Of a stretch of 64,000 nucleotides of DNA, positions 30,251 to 43,180 are shown in pieces. The stretch spans positions 148,490,001 through 148,554,000 of the forward strand of contig OZ024741.1 of assembly GCA_964016885.1 (NCBI GenBank), written 5' to 3'. A program made the position numbers and the translations under genes. The first letter of the stretch is position 1; every line of letters begins with the position of its first letter. This DNA is from Eledone cirrhosa. Lineage: Eukaryota. The notes beneath the pieces are model-generated. The model worked only from the letters and a program-made list of their open reading frames with translations. It did no database searches and had not been told where the DNA came from.

Positions 30251-30723
30251 TAACCTACCTGATGTTTAACTTATCCAGGGTTAATGAATAATACATATCA
30301 CTGTTTTATGCAAGGAGTGTAAATTTTTGTCTTGATTAAAATATGGTGGACGATACTAAAGTTTTGCCCTCACAAAAGGGACAAAAGTAGTTGCTGGTTA
30401 TAAAGAAGTTGACGAGCATAGCTATATCGTTTAGGAGTATATATTCCCGGCTGAGAAACACATACACACACACCATCTTTTGCTTTTTTTAACGGCGTTT
30501 TGCAGTAGTGTGGCAGTAGTAGGGAGATAAATTCGAGTTCACGATGACGGCTTACTTCCTCCAGGTGTTGTAAATCGTATTATTCGACTACATCTATAAA
30601 TATATATATTTATACAAAAATGTATTCATCTCTCTCTATATATATATATACACACACTATATAAAATCATTCTTTATTTTGTGTAAACACACACACGCAC
30701 ACACACAGGCGCGCGCACGCACG

Positions 30724-30756
<33 letters not shown>

Positions 30757-30914
30757 ACACACACACACACACACATACGTATTCGTAGTTTCACGCTGGC
30801 ATCCGAAAGGATATCCGTGATCGTCAGTAGACACGAAGTGTATTTAGAACACGTTACTGTTATTACAAGTGAAATCATATGTATATAACATATACACGCA
30901 CGTACGTTTATATG

Positions 30915-31004
<90 letters not shown>

Positions 31005-31009
<5 letters not shown>

Positions 31010-31335
31010 CGTTTCTGAATTTGTTTAACAAGATTCTTTATCTGAAAACGTGTGTTGAAACCGATATTGTTATACTTTGGGAGGGTCATGTTGCCAATAA
31101 GAAACACACGCACCAGTTGCTTTCACTTCAATTTATTATAAATTAAATTTATAAATTTAGGAATTTATAAATTTCCGGTTGGTTGGTTGGTTCCACAACC
31201 AGACGATTGTTCATATATTGTCAAAGTTCTTCCGTCACACATTCTGTGACCTCTTCAGTGACTGGGGATTCTTTTCTTTGTTTTTGTGCCGCTCCTTTGT
31301 TCTGTCCTACGCCATCTTGTTTTTGTGTGTGTTTT
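31005..31335 (-). mobile_element. PLE 3' UTR fragment (near-identical to 11035-11358) with mutated hammerhead
   Basis: Reverse complement aligns closely; core GAAA changed to GGAA. Confidence 0.9.
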
Positions 31336-31357
31336 TGTATATGTATATATATAAATG

Positions 31358-31425
<68 letters not shown>

Positions 31426-31653
31426 TGTGTGTGTGTATGCAAAAGTATATATATATATATATATATATACATATATGGGTGTGTGTGTATGTGTGTGGTT
31501 TTGATCATGGTCCCCGGGGGAGGAACGCGTTGAACTTGGCGTTGATGGTATATTCGGCGACTAAAGCGGCTTTTTCGACATTTCTAGCCTGCATGGTGGA
31601 CAAGAAAACGTCTGATGAGTTATACATACAACACGTACATATATACATATATA

Positions 31654-32372
31654 CAGGGTGTCCCAAAAAAATTGACATCATTTCGCAGGCCAATAATTTT
31701 GGCAATTCTTGTTGAAATAACCTCAAATTTTCACAGAATGTATAGAAACCGATCAAGATTTTATATTTAATGTTTTATATTTTTCTCTTTTCAGGAGTGA
31801 GGAAATGCCGTTCACTTCCAAAGAAAAGTCATTTTGCGTCTTGGAATATGCTCGAACACAGTCACCCAAGACTGTGCAGCGTGCCTTCAATGCAAAATTT
31901 GGAAAAAAGTCACCAACTGGCAAACAAATTTGGACCTGGTACCAAATATTTAAAGAGAAAGGCTGCTTATGCAGAGCTAAAGGATCTGGAAGACCATCAT
32001 CAACATCAGAAGAGAAGGTCGAGCAAGTTCGTGAAAAACTCTTGCGATGCGCCAAGAAGTCCGTAAGAAGAACAAGTTTGGAAACCCAGATTCCTCGAAT
32101 GACAGTTTGGCGTATCCTGAGGATACTGTTTGCCAGTTGGTGACTTTTTTTTCCAAATTTTGCATTGAAGGAACGCTGCACAGTCTTGGGTGACTGTGTT
32201 CGAGCATATTCCAAGACGAAAAATGACTTTTCTTTGGAAGTGAACGGCATTTCTCAACCTGAAAAGAGAAAAATATAAAACATTAAATATAAAATCTTAA
32301 TTCTGTGAAAATTTGAGGTTATTTCAACAAGAATTGCCAAAATTATTGGCCTGTCAAATTTTTTGGGACACC

Positions 32373-32375
<3 letters not shown>
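31654..32375. mobile_element. Tc1/mariner-derived fold-back element made of two left ends
   Basis: TA|CAGGGTGTCCCAAAAAA...TTTTTTGGGACACCCTG|TA; ORF 31805..32143 is a transposase HTH N-terminus; 32127-32375 is an inverted copy of 31654-31927. Confidence 0.9.
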
Positions 32376-32439
<64 letters not shown>

Positions 32440-32601
32440 AACGTTTGAATATGTGTAATAAAGCCAAAACAATGCAGGTATGGACATAGAAAAAAGAATG
32501 CAATTGTAAAAGATATTGTTGACAATTCGTCCTTTACCTTAGATTTATTTAAATGTCCTTAATTTTCGAGATAATATCTCTTCTTCAGAGGGAAATAAAG
32601 G

Positions 32602-34452
32602 AATCCATCAAACCCAGATTCCCGATATACCAACTAGATCGCCCACTCTGTCCACCGCCTGCCAACCGCGAGCTTGAAGAAAAACTCTCGAGACTAAAAC
32701 ATTCCGTATTTAACATCTTACGGAAACAGAAGAAGATAGCCCCAAACCTCTCCAGGACACAACAACTCGCCCTGAAGAACCTACGGAATAGGGAACTTAT
32801 ATACTTACCATCCGACAAAGGTAAAGAGTTTTGCGTCATCTCTCAAGCCACATACAATAACCTAGCCTTTGAACACCTAAGCGACAGCGAATTATACACA
32901 GTGATCCCGGACATGACTGCAGCCCAGATCGAAAAACAGACCAACTCCATTTGGTTCGATATCTGTAGGAGAAGACAACTCCCAAATAAAGTTAAGCTCA
33001 ACTACACCACTAGAAATAGCAGACTGCCCACTTTCTACCACCTCATCAAGACCCACAAGAATAGTACTAAGACACAAATAAGACCCATCGTCTCTAGCAT
33101 AGAAGGACCCCTATACAAAATTTCCTGGCTCCTCTCCCAGGTCCTCAAGTCTCTACTCTCCACCTTTCCCGGGCATGTCAGTAGCTCCGACGAAGTTATA
33201 CGTAGACTACACCAACTCCAGCCAGAACAACTTAAACTAAATAAATACGCTTTTAGCCTCGACGTTGTCTTCTCCCTCTACACTACAGTCCCCGCTCATC
33301 CAGCTGTCGATTTATTGACGGACTGCGTGGTCGCAGAGGGCATCCACTGCTACGGCCTCCACCCGACGGACATACACCAGCTTTTGTCCTTCACAGTAGA
33401 CAACACGTACTTCACCTTCCACCACCACACATACAGACAGACAACAGGATTACCCATGGGATCCAGCCTATCGGGCCTGCTGGCCATCACCTACATGAAC
33501 CAGCTAGAATACCGAGCCCTCAACACCTGCCATTCCCATACCTTCTTCACCCGATATGTAGATGACATACTCATCCCGTGAGGAGGCAGATAAAATATAC
33601 ACAACATTCTCCAGCATGGACGCCAGTATAAAGTTCAGCATGGAACACGCCGATGACCGCGGATCCCTATCCCTACTGGACTTCCAACTCAGGGTAACAG
33701 AGGAAGGCAACATCCACACCTGCTTCTATAAAAAAGCCGCCAGCAGGGACCTGTTCGTACATTTCAGATCGGCCCTCCCGCTCGGTGCCAAGTTCGGATA
33801 CATAAGGAACGAACTGGCACGTATCCGGAACAAATGCACCGACGCTAGAGACCGAGACACACACACCACACATTTCCTGGAAGTACTCAAACTGAACGGA
33901 TACACGACATCCACCACAAACCGTGCCAGAAAGAACAGAGGACACCACACCCGAGGCACTAACACTTGCTTCCTGAAGCTCCCACACTTCAGTGAAGAAA
34001 CAACAACAGCCATCCGCAGAGCCATCAGACGAGAGGGACTGGATATCCAACTGGCCCACTCGGGTCCTTCTCTGCGCGGACGGCTGGCCAAGAGACACTC
34101 CACCAGACATGACAACTGCTGCAGACAGGCCAACTGCCCCATCAACGACACAGACCTATGCCATCAGGCTTACGTCGTATACAGACTAGAGTGTGACAAA
34201 TGCAACAACTTCTACGTAGGTAGCACCACCAGACCACTCCACATAAGAATAAAAGAACACCTCAATACTAACGCTTCCTCATTTAAGAAACACCTAGTTA
34301 AATGCAAAAACACCGACAAAACCATAACAGTTAGGATAGAAACTAAGGAAAGAAACCTCGGCAATCTTAGAATTAAGGAAGCACTAATTATAGATAAAAC
34401 ACAACCACCAATCAATAATAGACTAGAACTCAACACCCAATTTATAACCTGA
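32602..34452 (+). pseudogene. PLE RT + GIY-YIG polyprotein, one frameshift near 33570
   Basis: Two overlapping ORFs join into a canonical RT-linker-GIY-YIG protein. Confidence 0.88.
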
Positions 34453-34830
34453 TAGGGCTTCTAGCCCCATATCTACACACCCCACACACACACACGCTTA
34501 CACCTCCACTTATTCTCTCTCACACATACACACACAAAACCAGTTCTAACACCAGATAACACCTATCCCCCACATTTACGAATAGACTTATCTTCTCACA
34601 CTCACACACACACACTCACATACTTACACCTTCATGCATTCTCCCACACACTTATACAGGCATGTATATAAAATGAAAAAAAAAAAGACCCCTAAACAAA
34701 CCCCTTTTAAAGGGAGACTACTCTTTATCCACCTAATTTTAACTCTTTGACATTAGAGATAGAACAGATACTCTATACTATTTCCTGTCAGCATGGCTTG
34801 GCAAGATATTTAGAACGCTGGTTTGAGACC

Positions 34831-34886
34831 TTTATTTCCCTCTGAAGAAGAGATATTATCTCGAAAATTAAGGACATTTAAATAAA
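34831..34886 (+). ncRNA. Minimal hammerhead ribozyme (second copy on minus strand at 32544-32599)
   Basis: cct-CTGAAGA(34842-34848)-a-gagat/atctc-GAAA-at-TA-agg; palindromic AATT stem III; stem I extended by tttattt/aaataaa. Confidence 0.72.
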
Positions 34887-35261
34887 TCTAAGGTAAAGGA
34901 CGAATTGTCAACAATATCTTTTACAATTGCATTCTTTTTTCTATGTCCATACCTGCATTGTTTTGGCTTTATTACACATATTCAAACGTTTATACCTCAT
35001 TACACAATGCTTCAAGTGAACTATAACCTCCTCCATATATATATATATACATATATATATATACATATATATATATATAAACATATACTTACATATATAG
35101 ACATGTACAGACACATACATACATACAAACACACTCACATATATATATAAATACATACATATGCACACATACATACATATGCAGACACACATACATACAT
35201 GCATACATACGTGCTTTTGCAAAAAAAAACAAAAAAAATGTCCGTTCCTTTCTCCACCTTT

Positions 35262-35300
35262 CTATCTTCTGATGAAGGACTTGTGCCCGAAACATAAATA
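35262..35300 (+). ncRNA. Degenerate hammerhead-like core
   Basis: CTGATGA-a-ggacttgtgccc-GAAAcat; stems I and III not recoverable. Confidence 0.35.
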
Positions 35301-35597
35301 CTATTTTCCTACTGTTAATCTAATATATTTCTTCATTGCATATTTGTTAATTCAAATGTTTATAGTATCATTATGAACATTTGTAAAGACTTTCATTTTT
35401 AATGTGATTCGGTCATAGTGCTGTGTCAAACTTTTCAAGTATGTCTTGCTTATGTGGTTTCATGAGGTACAGGTCATTAAGAGTTAAAATATAAAAGGGT
35501 ATTACACCCAGACAAAGCTTTTTCATAAAAAAAATATTTATTTTATTTTGCAACATTAAAGTTCCATGTCTTAGTGTTAGTGTTACAATAGAACACA

Positions 35598-36962
35598 CCT
35601 GCCACAATAAAATGCACCCAGTACATTCTGCAAAGCGATAGTGCTAGTATCACAATAAAATACACCTAGGCCACTCTGCAAAATGGCAATACTGGTGTCA
35701 CACAAAAATACACCCAGCCCACTTTACAAACCAGTTATGCTGATGCCACAATAAAATGCACCCAGCCCACTCTACAAAATGGTAGTGCTGATGCCACAAT
35801 AAAATGCACCCAGCCCACTCTACAAAATGGTAGTGCTGATGCCACAATAAAATGCACCTAGCCCACTCTACAAAATGGTAGTGCTGATGCCACAATAAAA
35901 TGCACCCAGCCCACTCTACAAAATGGTAGTGCTGATGCCACAATAAAATGCACCTAGCCCACTCTACAAAATGGTAGTGCTGATGCCACAATAAAATGCA
36001 CCCAGCCCACTCTACAAAATGGTAGTGCTGATGCCACAATAAAATTCACCCAGCCCACTCTACAAAATGGTAGTGCTGATGCCACAATAAAATGCACCCA
36101 GCCCACTCTACAAAATGGTAGTGCTGATGCCACAATAAAATGCACCTAGCCCACTCTACAAAATGGTAGTGCTGATGCCACAATAAAATGCACCCAGCCC
36201 ACTCTACAAAATGGTAGTGCTGATGCCACAATAAAATGCACCCAGCCCACTCTACAAAATGGTAGTGCTGATGCCACAATAAAATGCACCTAGCCCACTC
36301 TACAAAATGGTAGTGCTGATGCCACAATAAAATGCACCCAGCCCACTCTACAAAATGGTAGTGCTGATGCCACAATAAAATGCACCCAGCCCACTCTACA
36401 AAATGGTAGTGCTGATGCCACAATAAAATGCACCTAGCCCACTCTACAAAATGGTAGTGCTGATGCCACAATAAAATGCACCCAGCCCACTCTACAAAAT
36501 GGTAGTGCTGATGCCACAATAAAATGCACCTAGCCCACTCTACAAAATGGTAGTGCTGATGCCACAATAAAATGCACCCAGCCCACTCTACAAAATGGTA
36601 GTGCTGATGCCACAATAAAATGCACCTAGCCCACTCTACAAAATGGTAGTGCTGATGCCACAATAAAATGCACCTAGCCCACTCTACAAAATGGTAGTGC
36701 TGATGCCACAATAAAATGCACCCAGCCCACTCTACAAAATGGTAGTGCTGATGCCACAATAAAATGCACCCAGCCCACTCTACAAAATGGTAGTGCTGAT
36801 GCCACAATAAAATGCACCTAGCCCACTCTACAAAATGGTAGTGCTGATGCCACAATAAAATGCACCCAGCCCACTCTACAAAATGGTAGTGCTGATGCCA
36901 CAATAAAATGCACCCAGTCCATTCCGCAAAGCGATAGTGCTGGTGCCACAATAAAATGCAAC
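35598..36962. repeat. 48-bp tandem array (~28 units, ~24 near-identical)
   Basis: Unit tgccacaataaaatgcacc(c/t)agcccactctacaaaatggtagtgctga; degenerate edge units. Confidence 0.97.
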
Positions 36963-37564
36963 CCATCCCAGCATGGGGAATGGATGTGATAATGTATGTA
37001 TTTCTTACCCTTTGTCTCCCTTTCATCATCCTCTTTACACGCATGACATCATACTTATCATCCTGTTTTCACCCACGTATTGTCACTTACCTTTGTCATC
37101 CATCATACCTCTTCTCTCCCCTGCCCTTCAACTAAACACTTGGAACAAGTTAACATCTCCATCCATAGAGTAGAGAGGGGTCTTCTGTCAAGTCAATGAC
37201 CAACAACCTCTCTGGTGCTGGTACCATAAACATTAACCCAGAACACCATGTAAAATAACTGGGATTAGGAAGGGTGTCCAGCTGTAGAAATCTTACCAAC
37301 AAGGGTTGAGAGGACTTTTCAGTTGTCGAAGGCACAACAACCTTCCTAGTGCTAATGCCATGATAAAAGTACCCAATATACTCTGTAAAGTGCAGAAATG
37401 TAAGTGAGATGCAGCCCCTAGCCCATCTGACAGGTCAGTAGCTCTGATTAGATACTGACTTGGTCTGAGAAGACCCATCTAACCCAGGTTAGCAGGGAAA
37501 ATGGAACATAATACACACACATATATATATATGTGTGTGATGATGAATGTAATCTCTCTCTCTT

Positions 37565-37628
<64 letters not shown>

Positions 37629-38496
37629 CATACCCCCGCATATTGTAAGAAGCAAATAAAAGGGCTCATGTTAGGTAGAACATCCAGCTGTAACCAATGC
37701 CAGCATGGAAAAGTTGAGGTATGACAATCAAGTCCCTTGTTGGTCTGATGAGCTATATGACATGTCATCAGTGACGGAATGTTCAAGCATGAAATCTTTT
37801 AGTTTTTGTATTGCTGACACGATTTGTTGATCCAAACTCCTGACCGAAGGTGATGGAATTTAAATACAAAATGCACAGAGTCGGAACAATCGCTGACTCA
37901 TTAACAATTCCGCCAATCCATCACCTATTGTCTGTTACTTTATTTATTGACCTCGAAAGGCAAAGTTGACCTCGTTGGGATTTGAACCTAGAGTGTAGTG
38001 AACCGGATGAAATACCTAACGACTCTGCCATTTCGACTTATAGCTAGTCCACTATGCTTTCTTGTGTTTCGGGCTCCTTCTGGCACTTCAATCTTTAGCC
38101 CTGTAAAAAAAAAAAAAAAATGACGTGTTGCTACAACATATTCAGCCTAATGGATAAATACAGTCCAGACAGCAACCTTATTCCTCTTTGTGAACTGTTT
38201 GTATCTACAAAGATAACCTGTTTATTTATTTCGTTTCGTTCAGTGATTATTTTAGCGTGCAGTTGACCCTGTTTGTACAGTTTTAAATATAGATCTGTGC
38301 AGTACGCTTACATTTTGTGCAAAATACTACATGTGGCCCTTACATGGTAAATGATGGTTTAAAAACTTAATGCACACTTAAAATGTTTAAAATAGCAGCC
38401 GTTATTTTACAAATGCTTCTCAGACTAAAAGAACATCAAACTCTGGGTTATGGCACCTGCCTCAAAGATTTGTGCAGTTCTAAATTGTCCTTAAAA

Positions 38497-38860
38497 CGAC
38501 GGTAAACGCCCAGACAGGATAACTCTTTTCCCATTCTAGAAAGGTAAATCCCTAATCTGGTATACGACGTGATGCGACACGCTCTCTGCTTCCAACCGTG
38601 TCATTTCGACCGAAAACCAGGCACTGCCGCCCAAAGTGCAGAAGAGGGAAAAATTGGCAAATAACTGGGTTCTTTTTCACCCCATTGTCGCCAAGATTTC
38701 AGGTATCCTAGATCCCCGAACTGCCATTTTCCTTCGCAAAATCGGAAAAATGGCAACCTGTCGAAGGAAGGAGTCCTATGATATGGAGTGGCTGAGGCAG
38801 TGGGTTCGCTGGCCGTTCTCCGTGGCAATGCTTTCGCTATTTTGTCCGCAGGACACAGCT
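38497..38860 (+). pseudogene. CRE-like non-LTR retrotransposon restriction-like endonuclease fragment
   Basis: DGKRPDRITLFPF*KGKSL, CDTLSAS, FHPIVAKISGILDP..FLRKIG..EWLRQ. Confidence 0.7.
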
Positions 38861-39696
38861 GAGAGATACCGTTCAGACTGGGATGTAGAGTCTGTCGCTC
38901 CCGCCCTCTTCCCTTCCTTTCGTTGTTTAATTTCTTTTTCCATTTTATTTCTTTTCTTTTTCTTCTATTCTTCATTTCCTTATTGCTTTATATATTTTTT
39001 TCTTAAACAGTAAAAAAAAAAAAAAAAATTGAATTCGTTCACGAACGCCCCCAAAAAAGCAATATACTTTTATTTGGCCAGGATAAGGTTAATTCACCTA
39101 ATTATATCGTTGTTTATATATCGTGTATGGGAAGTTTGGTTGTTACATCTTTTCTTCAAATATGCCATATATAATATTTACATAAGAATATATAAGCAGA
39201 ACATATCAATAAAGAATAATAAAAAAAGAAAACAAAATAAATATATACAAATACAGATAATGTATATGTAGATAGCTGAGCGGAAAGGCTACGAGTATGG
39301 GATAGAACTAGTCTAGGGACATTCATGTAATTCATTTTTATTTTTTATATATATTTTTAATATTTTTATTTAACCAGATAATTGGAAACAGACATTTTAT
39401 CATGCATTAATCTATTAATCTTGGTAGATTTTTTTAACGTCTTCATTTAAACTTTAGGAAGACACGCGCATATGTTAATACACACACACTCAAAAATGTT
39501 TCCACGTACACACACAAATATTATATACATAATTATTAGCGTAGCAGCCGTAAAAAATGACGGTGTTTATTTGAGAATGGAATGGAATAAATTCTGCAAA
39601 TATATGTGAGTAAAAGTGAAAGATAGAGATATAGGTAGATCTTAGTTGATGGTAAAAGTAAGAGTAATTAGCTTTATATATATATATATATATGGT

Positions 39697-39980
39697 CATT
39701 TTTATGAAAGGTGGGTGAAAGTGGCCCGTGTGAATGGGCCTTCTCTCTACATCAGCCTGTAGGTGGAATAGATGAAGGAACGAGGAAGCACCCTCTCTCT
39801 GTGCTCCTGAGGAGAAGGGTTGCACACTTTTTTCGGGGATGTGTGCGACCCCCCAAAACGCCTCCTCCCTATTGAGGACTTTATTGTTAATTTTATATTT
39901 GTTATTTGTTTTCTTTACTCGCCTTTTTGTGTAAACTTTGTATTTGTCCCCTCCTTTTGCGCCCTCGTGGCAATAAATAG

Positions 39981-39983
<3 letters not shown>
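39697..39983 (+). mobile_element. Tx1/L1 3' fragment (family of 19890-22748)
   Basis: Aligns with 22437-22745. Confidence 0.85.
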
Positions 39984-40043
<60 letters not shown>

Positions 40044-40173
40044 ACCTCAACACAAATGCATGCTACCTAAGGTTTCAAACTTCAACCTGCATAGGACATA
40101 GATATTATGTCTACTAGTTTAGTTATCATCAGGCAAAACCAAGATGGCTGGACGTTATTTCATATATGAGAGT

Positions 40174-40362
40174 AGGTGGATTGGCAGTATCGGTAGAGGG
40201 TCGGACGCCATGCTTTGCAGCACAGTTACGTCCCTTTACGGACTGAGTTCAAAACCCGCCGAGGTTAACTTTGCCTTTCATCCTTAAGGGGTCGATAAAA
40301 TAAAGTACCAGTAATACACTGGGATAATTGCTGGCCTTGTGCCAAAAGTAGAAACAGTTATT
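40174..40362 (+). mobile_element. SINE family 2, full length
   Basis: Head, B box, core and tail as in other copies. Confidence 0.87.
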
Positions 40363-40422
40363 TCATATATGAGATCTCGTACAACAAAAACACCAAATGT
40401 ACTATCACATTATTACCTCCCT

Positions 40423-40478
<56 letters not shown>

Positions 40479-40645
40479 CGTGTGTAATTTAGTCTTTAAT
40501 TTTTGACAATTTTCTGAATTTTGAAGAAAAAATGTTCTTAATTGCCCACCACAAAGGATGACAAACAGGCAGAAAAACACACACCACAACCCCCTTCCCA
40601 CCCACATATGTACACTGTTTTTTATATATATATATATATATATAA

Positions 40646-41327
40646 ACGGAAAAAATGAAAAGAAATTTCATTTCTCACTCTTAGTACGGCTGTTACTTAA
40701 ATATAAGTATGTATACGAACATACATATATGTATACAGACGTACAGTAGTATGTATATATATATACATACATGCACATATATATATATATATATGTACGT
40801 ATGGATTCACCGAACATTTATTATAATGCTCGGTGTGTTTGTAAACAAACTCCCCGAATTAAGCCTTAAAGTGTCTAGCAACCATCGTTACTCATTTGTT
40901 CAACACTGACAAAGGAAAGCTGTACTAATTTCAAGCATATTATCTATCGTCAGCCAACGTATACCTTCCTGCCAGATGATTGAACGTCTGAAAGTATATA
41001 CTTTCCTTATGCATATTAACGGTTGAGCAGCCTAATTTGCATATCGAGTGAGTTAATCGGCCGGGGTACCGAAAACGATAAACGGAAAAAATAAAAAGAA
41101 ATGTCCTTTCTCACTCTTAGTACGGCTGTTACTTAAATATAAGTATGTATACGTACATACATATATGTATACAGACGTACAGTAGTATGTATATATATAT
41201 ATATATATATATACATGCACATATATATATACGTACGTATGGATTCACCGAACATTTATTATAATGCTCGGTGTGTTTGTAAACAAACATCCCGAATTAA
41301 GCCGTACAGTGTCTAGCAACCATCGTT
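40646..41327. repeat. Unclassified dispersed repeat, copies 2 and 3 in tandem (~435-bp period)
   Basis: 40646-40890 and 41081-41327 match 16099-16340. Confidence 0.85.
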
Positions 41328-41381
41328 GTACGTCTGTATACATATATGTATGTACGTATACATACTTATATATATATATAT

Positions 41382-41969
41382 GTCAGGTCACCAGTTGGTG
41401 CTACTGGTAACATGTATCCCAGTACAACCTGTCTCATGGTCGGGTCGTTGGCGACTAAACTGGCAACCCCACCAAGGTTTCTTGGTGAGGAGGGTGACTG
41501 GACATCCTGCAGGACTAAAAACAAAACCTGTCAAAGGGTAAAGGAGCTCTTAAGAGTCAATGGCCATCCAAAATCACCGGGAGAGATGACCCCTTAGCCT
41601 TTGTCAAGGCAGAATTCTAGGAGAAGGAAAACTCTGATGTAACACCTGCAACCCTGATGGTATCCAATGATGGTAAATATCATCTTGGTTAAGAGAGTGG
41701 GACTGGCTTTGTGCGGTGCCTTTGCTCACTATAAAAGCTTCACAGCACAGGCATTGCTTTATATCTGGAGATTTCTCTGCACTTGTCGTCACATGGTACC
41801 ATGGGCCCAGCACTATGTGTCAATAATTGTCGCAAGTGTAGTGTTAGTACCAGAGTTTTCAAGTCGCTGGCTGGACTAAAAAGTCACATTCGTTCAGCGC
41901 ATCGGTAGGGGTTCTCCTACATGGATATAAAGTAGTGGCAGTACTCGAAAACGAGTTGGCAGCCACCAT
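41382..41969 (+). mobile_element. Non-autonomous bipartite RTE derivative, copy 1 (full length)
   Basis: 5' part homologous to RTE 5' UTR at 57665-57895; 3' part homologous to RTE C-terminal zinc finger and tail. Confidence 0.88.
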
Positions 41970-41986
41970 ATTTATATATACATATA

Positions 41987-42026
<40 letters not shown>

Positions 42027-42592
42027 CACACACACACACCACAAAATAAGAGGAAAAAATTACTCATTGTAGAAGTTACTGCTACTGATATTCTGGCCTT
42101 TTTTAAAGAATTTTAAAAAAAAAGTGTTTTAAAAGAATTTTTTAATTTTTTAATTTTTGTATTCTGAGAATCCTCTGGACTTTAGTTTTTAATTTTTGAC
42201 AATTTTCTGAACTTTGAAGAAAAAAATGTTCTTAATTTCCCACCACGAACGAATCTGTGACAGACAGGCTGGACCCCCCCCCCCCCACATGTCTGTATTG
42301 CTAAAGGGACTGTGACAGACAGACTGAAAAACACACACACACACACATGTATGTATTGTTATATATACACCCTCACACATACTCTCTCTCTATATATATA
42401 GACAGTTGAAAATTGCAAACTTGACTGTCACCACAGAATCTGAACCTGAAGATTGCGAAAACATGAAGTACTTGATCAATTAACACTTAACATTTAATAT
42501 TCTACCATATTATTTCATTATAATATAATTATAATTTTAAAGGATTGTAAATAAAACGAGTAAATCAGACAAAGTTGGAATTCCTTTTATTA

Positions 42593-42619
<27 letters not shown>

Positions 42620-42624
<5 letters not shown>

Positions 42625-43180
42625 TACCTAAAACCACATTCCAATAATAGAATTTCTCCTACAATCCTCCTGTTGCTTCTACAGAATTCATCTCTAACTT
42701 ACAATCCCCTATCCCCTTTTGAACTATTGACCACTCAACATAATACACCCATATGATGTTTTTCAAAACACAACTTTCTTCTGTGAAGAAAATCAAGTAC
42801 TACTACCTTCTCTTACCACCCAATTTTCAGCAAGAAGGATGGAAGAAAATTTACTCCAAACATTTGATTTTAATTTTAAACCCTTAGTTTTTAACTCCTA
42901 TTAATTCTTTTTAATTTTTTACACTCAAGATTTGATAAGATGGATTTTATTAATAATACATCGAAACCGGTAATTCTTCATATACTTTATATACATTATA
43001 AAACTCTTTTTCAAAAAGAATTGTCCCTCTCATTTTTTCAATAATGTTATCTTTTCAATAATGTCACTTTGATGAATCAAAAAAGAAAAACAGACCCTTA
43101 AATATATTTTCCGTGCTATTTCCAACTTCGCCTTTTCTCTATATCCAGTTTTGTATAGAATCCTTACTTCCCTTTTCTAA
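42620..43180 (+). mobile_element. Probable PLE 3' relic with decayed hammerhead at ~42927-42978
   Basis: aagat-TTGATAA-gatg..catc-GAAA-ccgg-TA-attctt: two core substitutions, palindromic stem III retained. Confidence 0.45.

Larger units (their letters stand above)
32436..35035 (+). mobile_element. Penelope-like element with 166-bp inverted terminal segment
   Basis: ORFs 32553..33581 (SDKG, FYHLIKTHK, IRPIVS, GLPMGS, RYVDD) and 33562..34452 (VVYRLECDKCNNFYVGST..RIKEH GIY-YIG); 32436-32601 is the reverse complement of 34829-34994. Confidence 0.93.

Noticed and set aside
35598-36962. CRISPR array or His/Trp-rich repeat protein (ORF 36046..37044)
   Set aside because: Units are contiguous with no unique spacers and no cas genes; the ORF arises only because 48 is divisible by 3, and one unit variant creates a stop.
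41386-41525. Canonical HDV-like ribozyme
   Set aside because: P1 and a CUAA J4/2-like motif fit, but L3 would be G-rich, the GG for P1.1 is not conserved across copies, and a competing caccaag/cttggtg hairpin is stronger.
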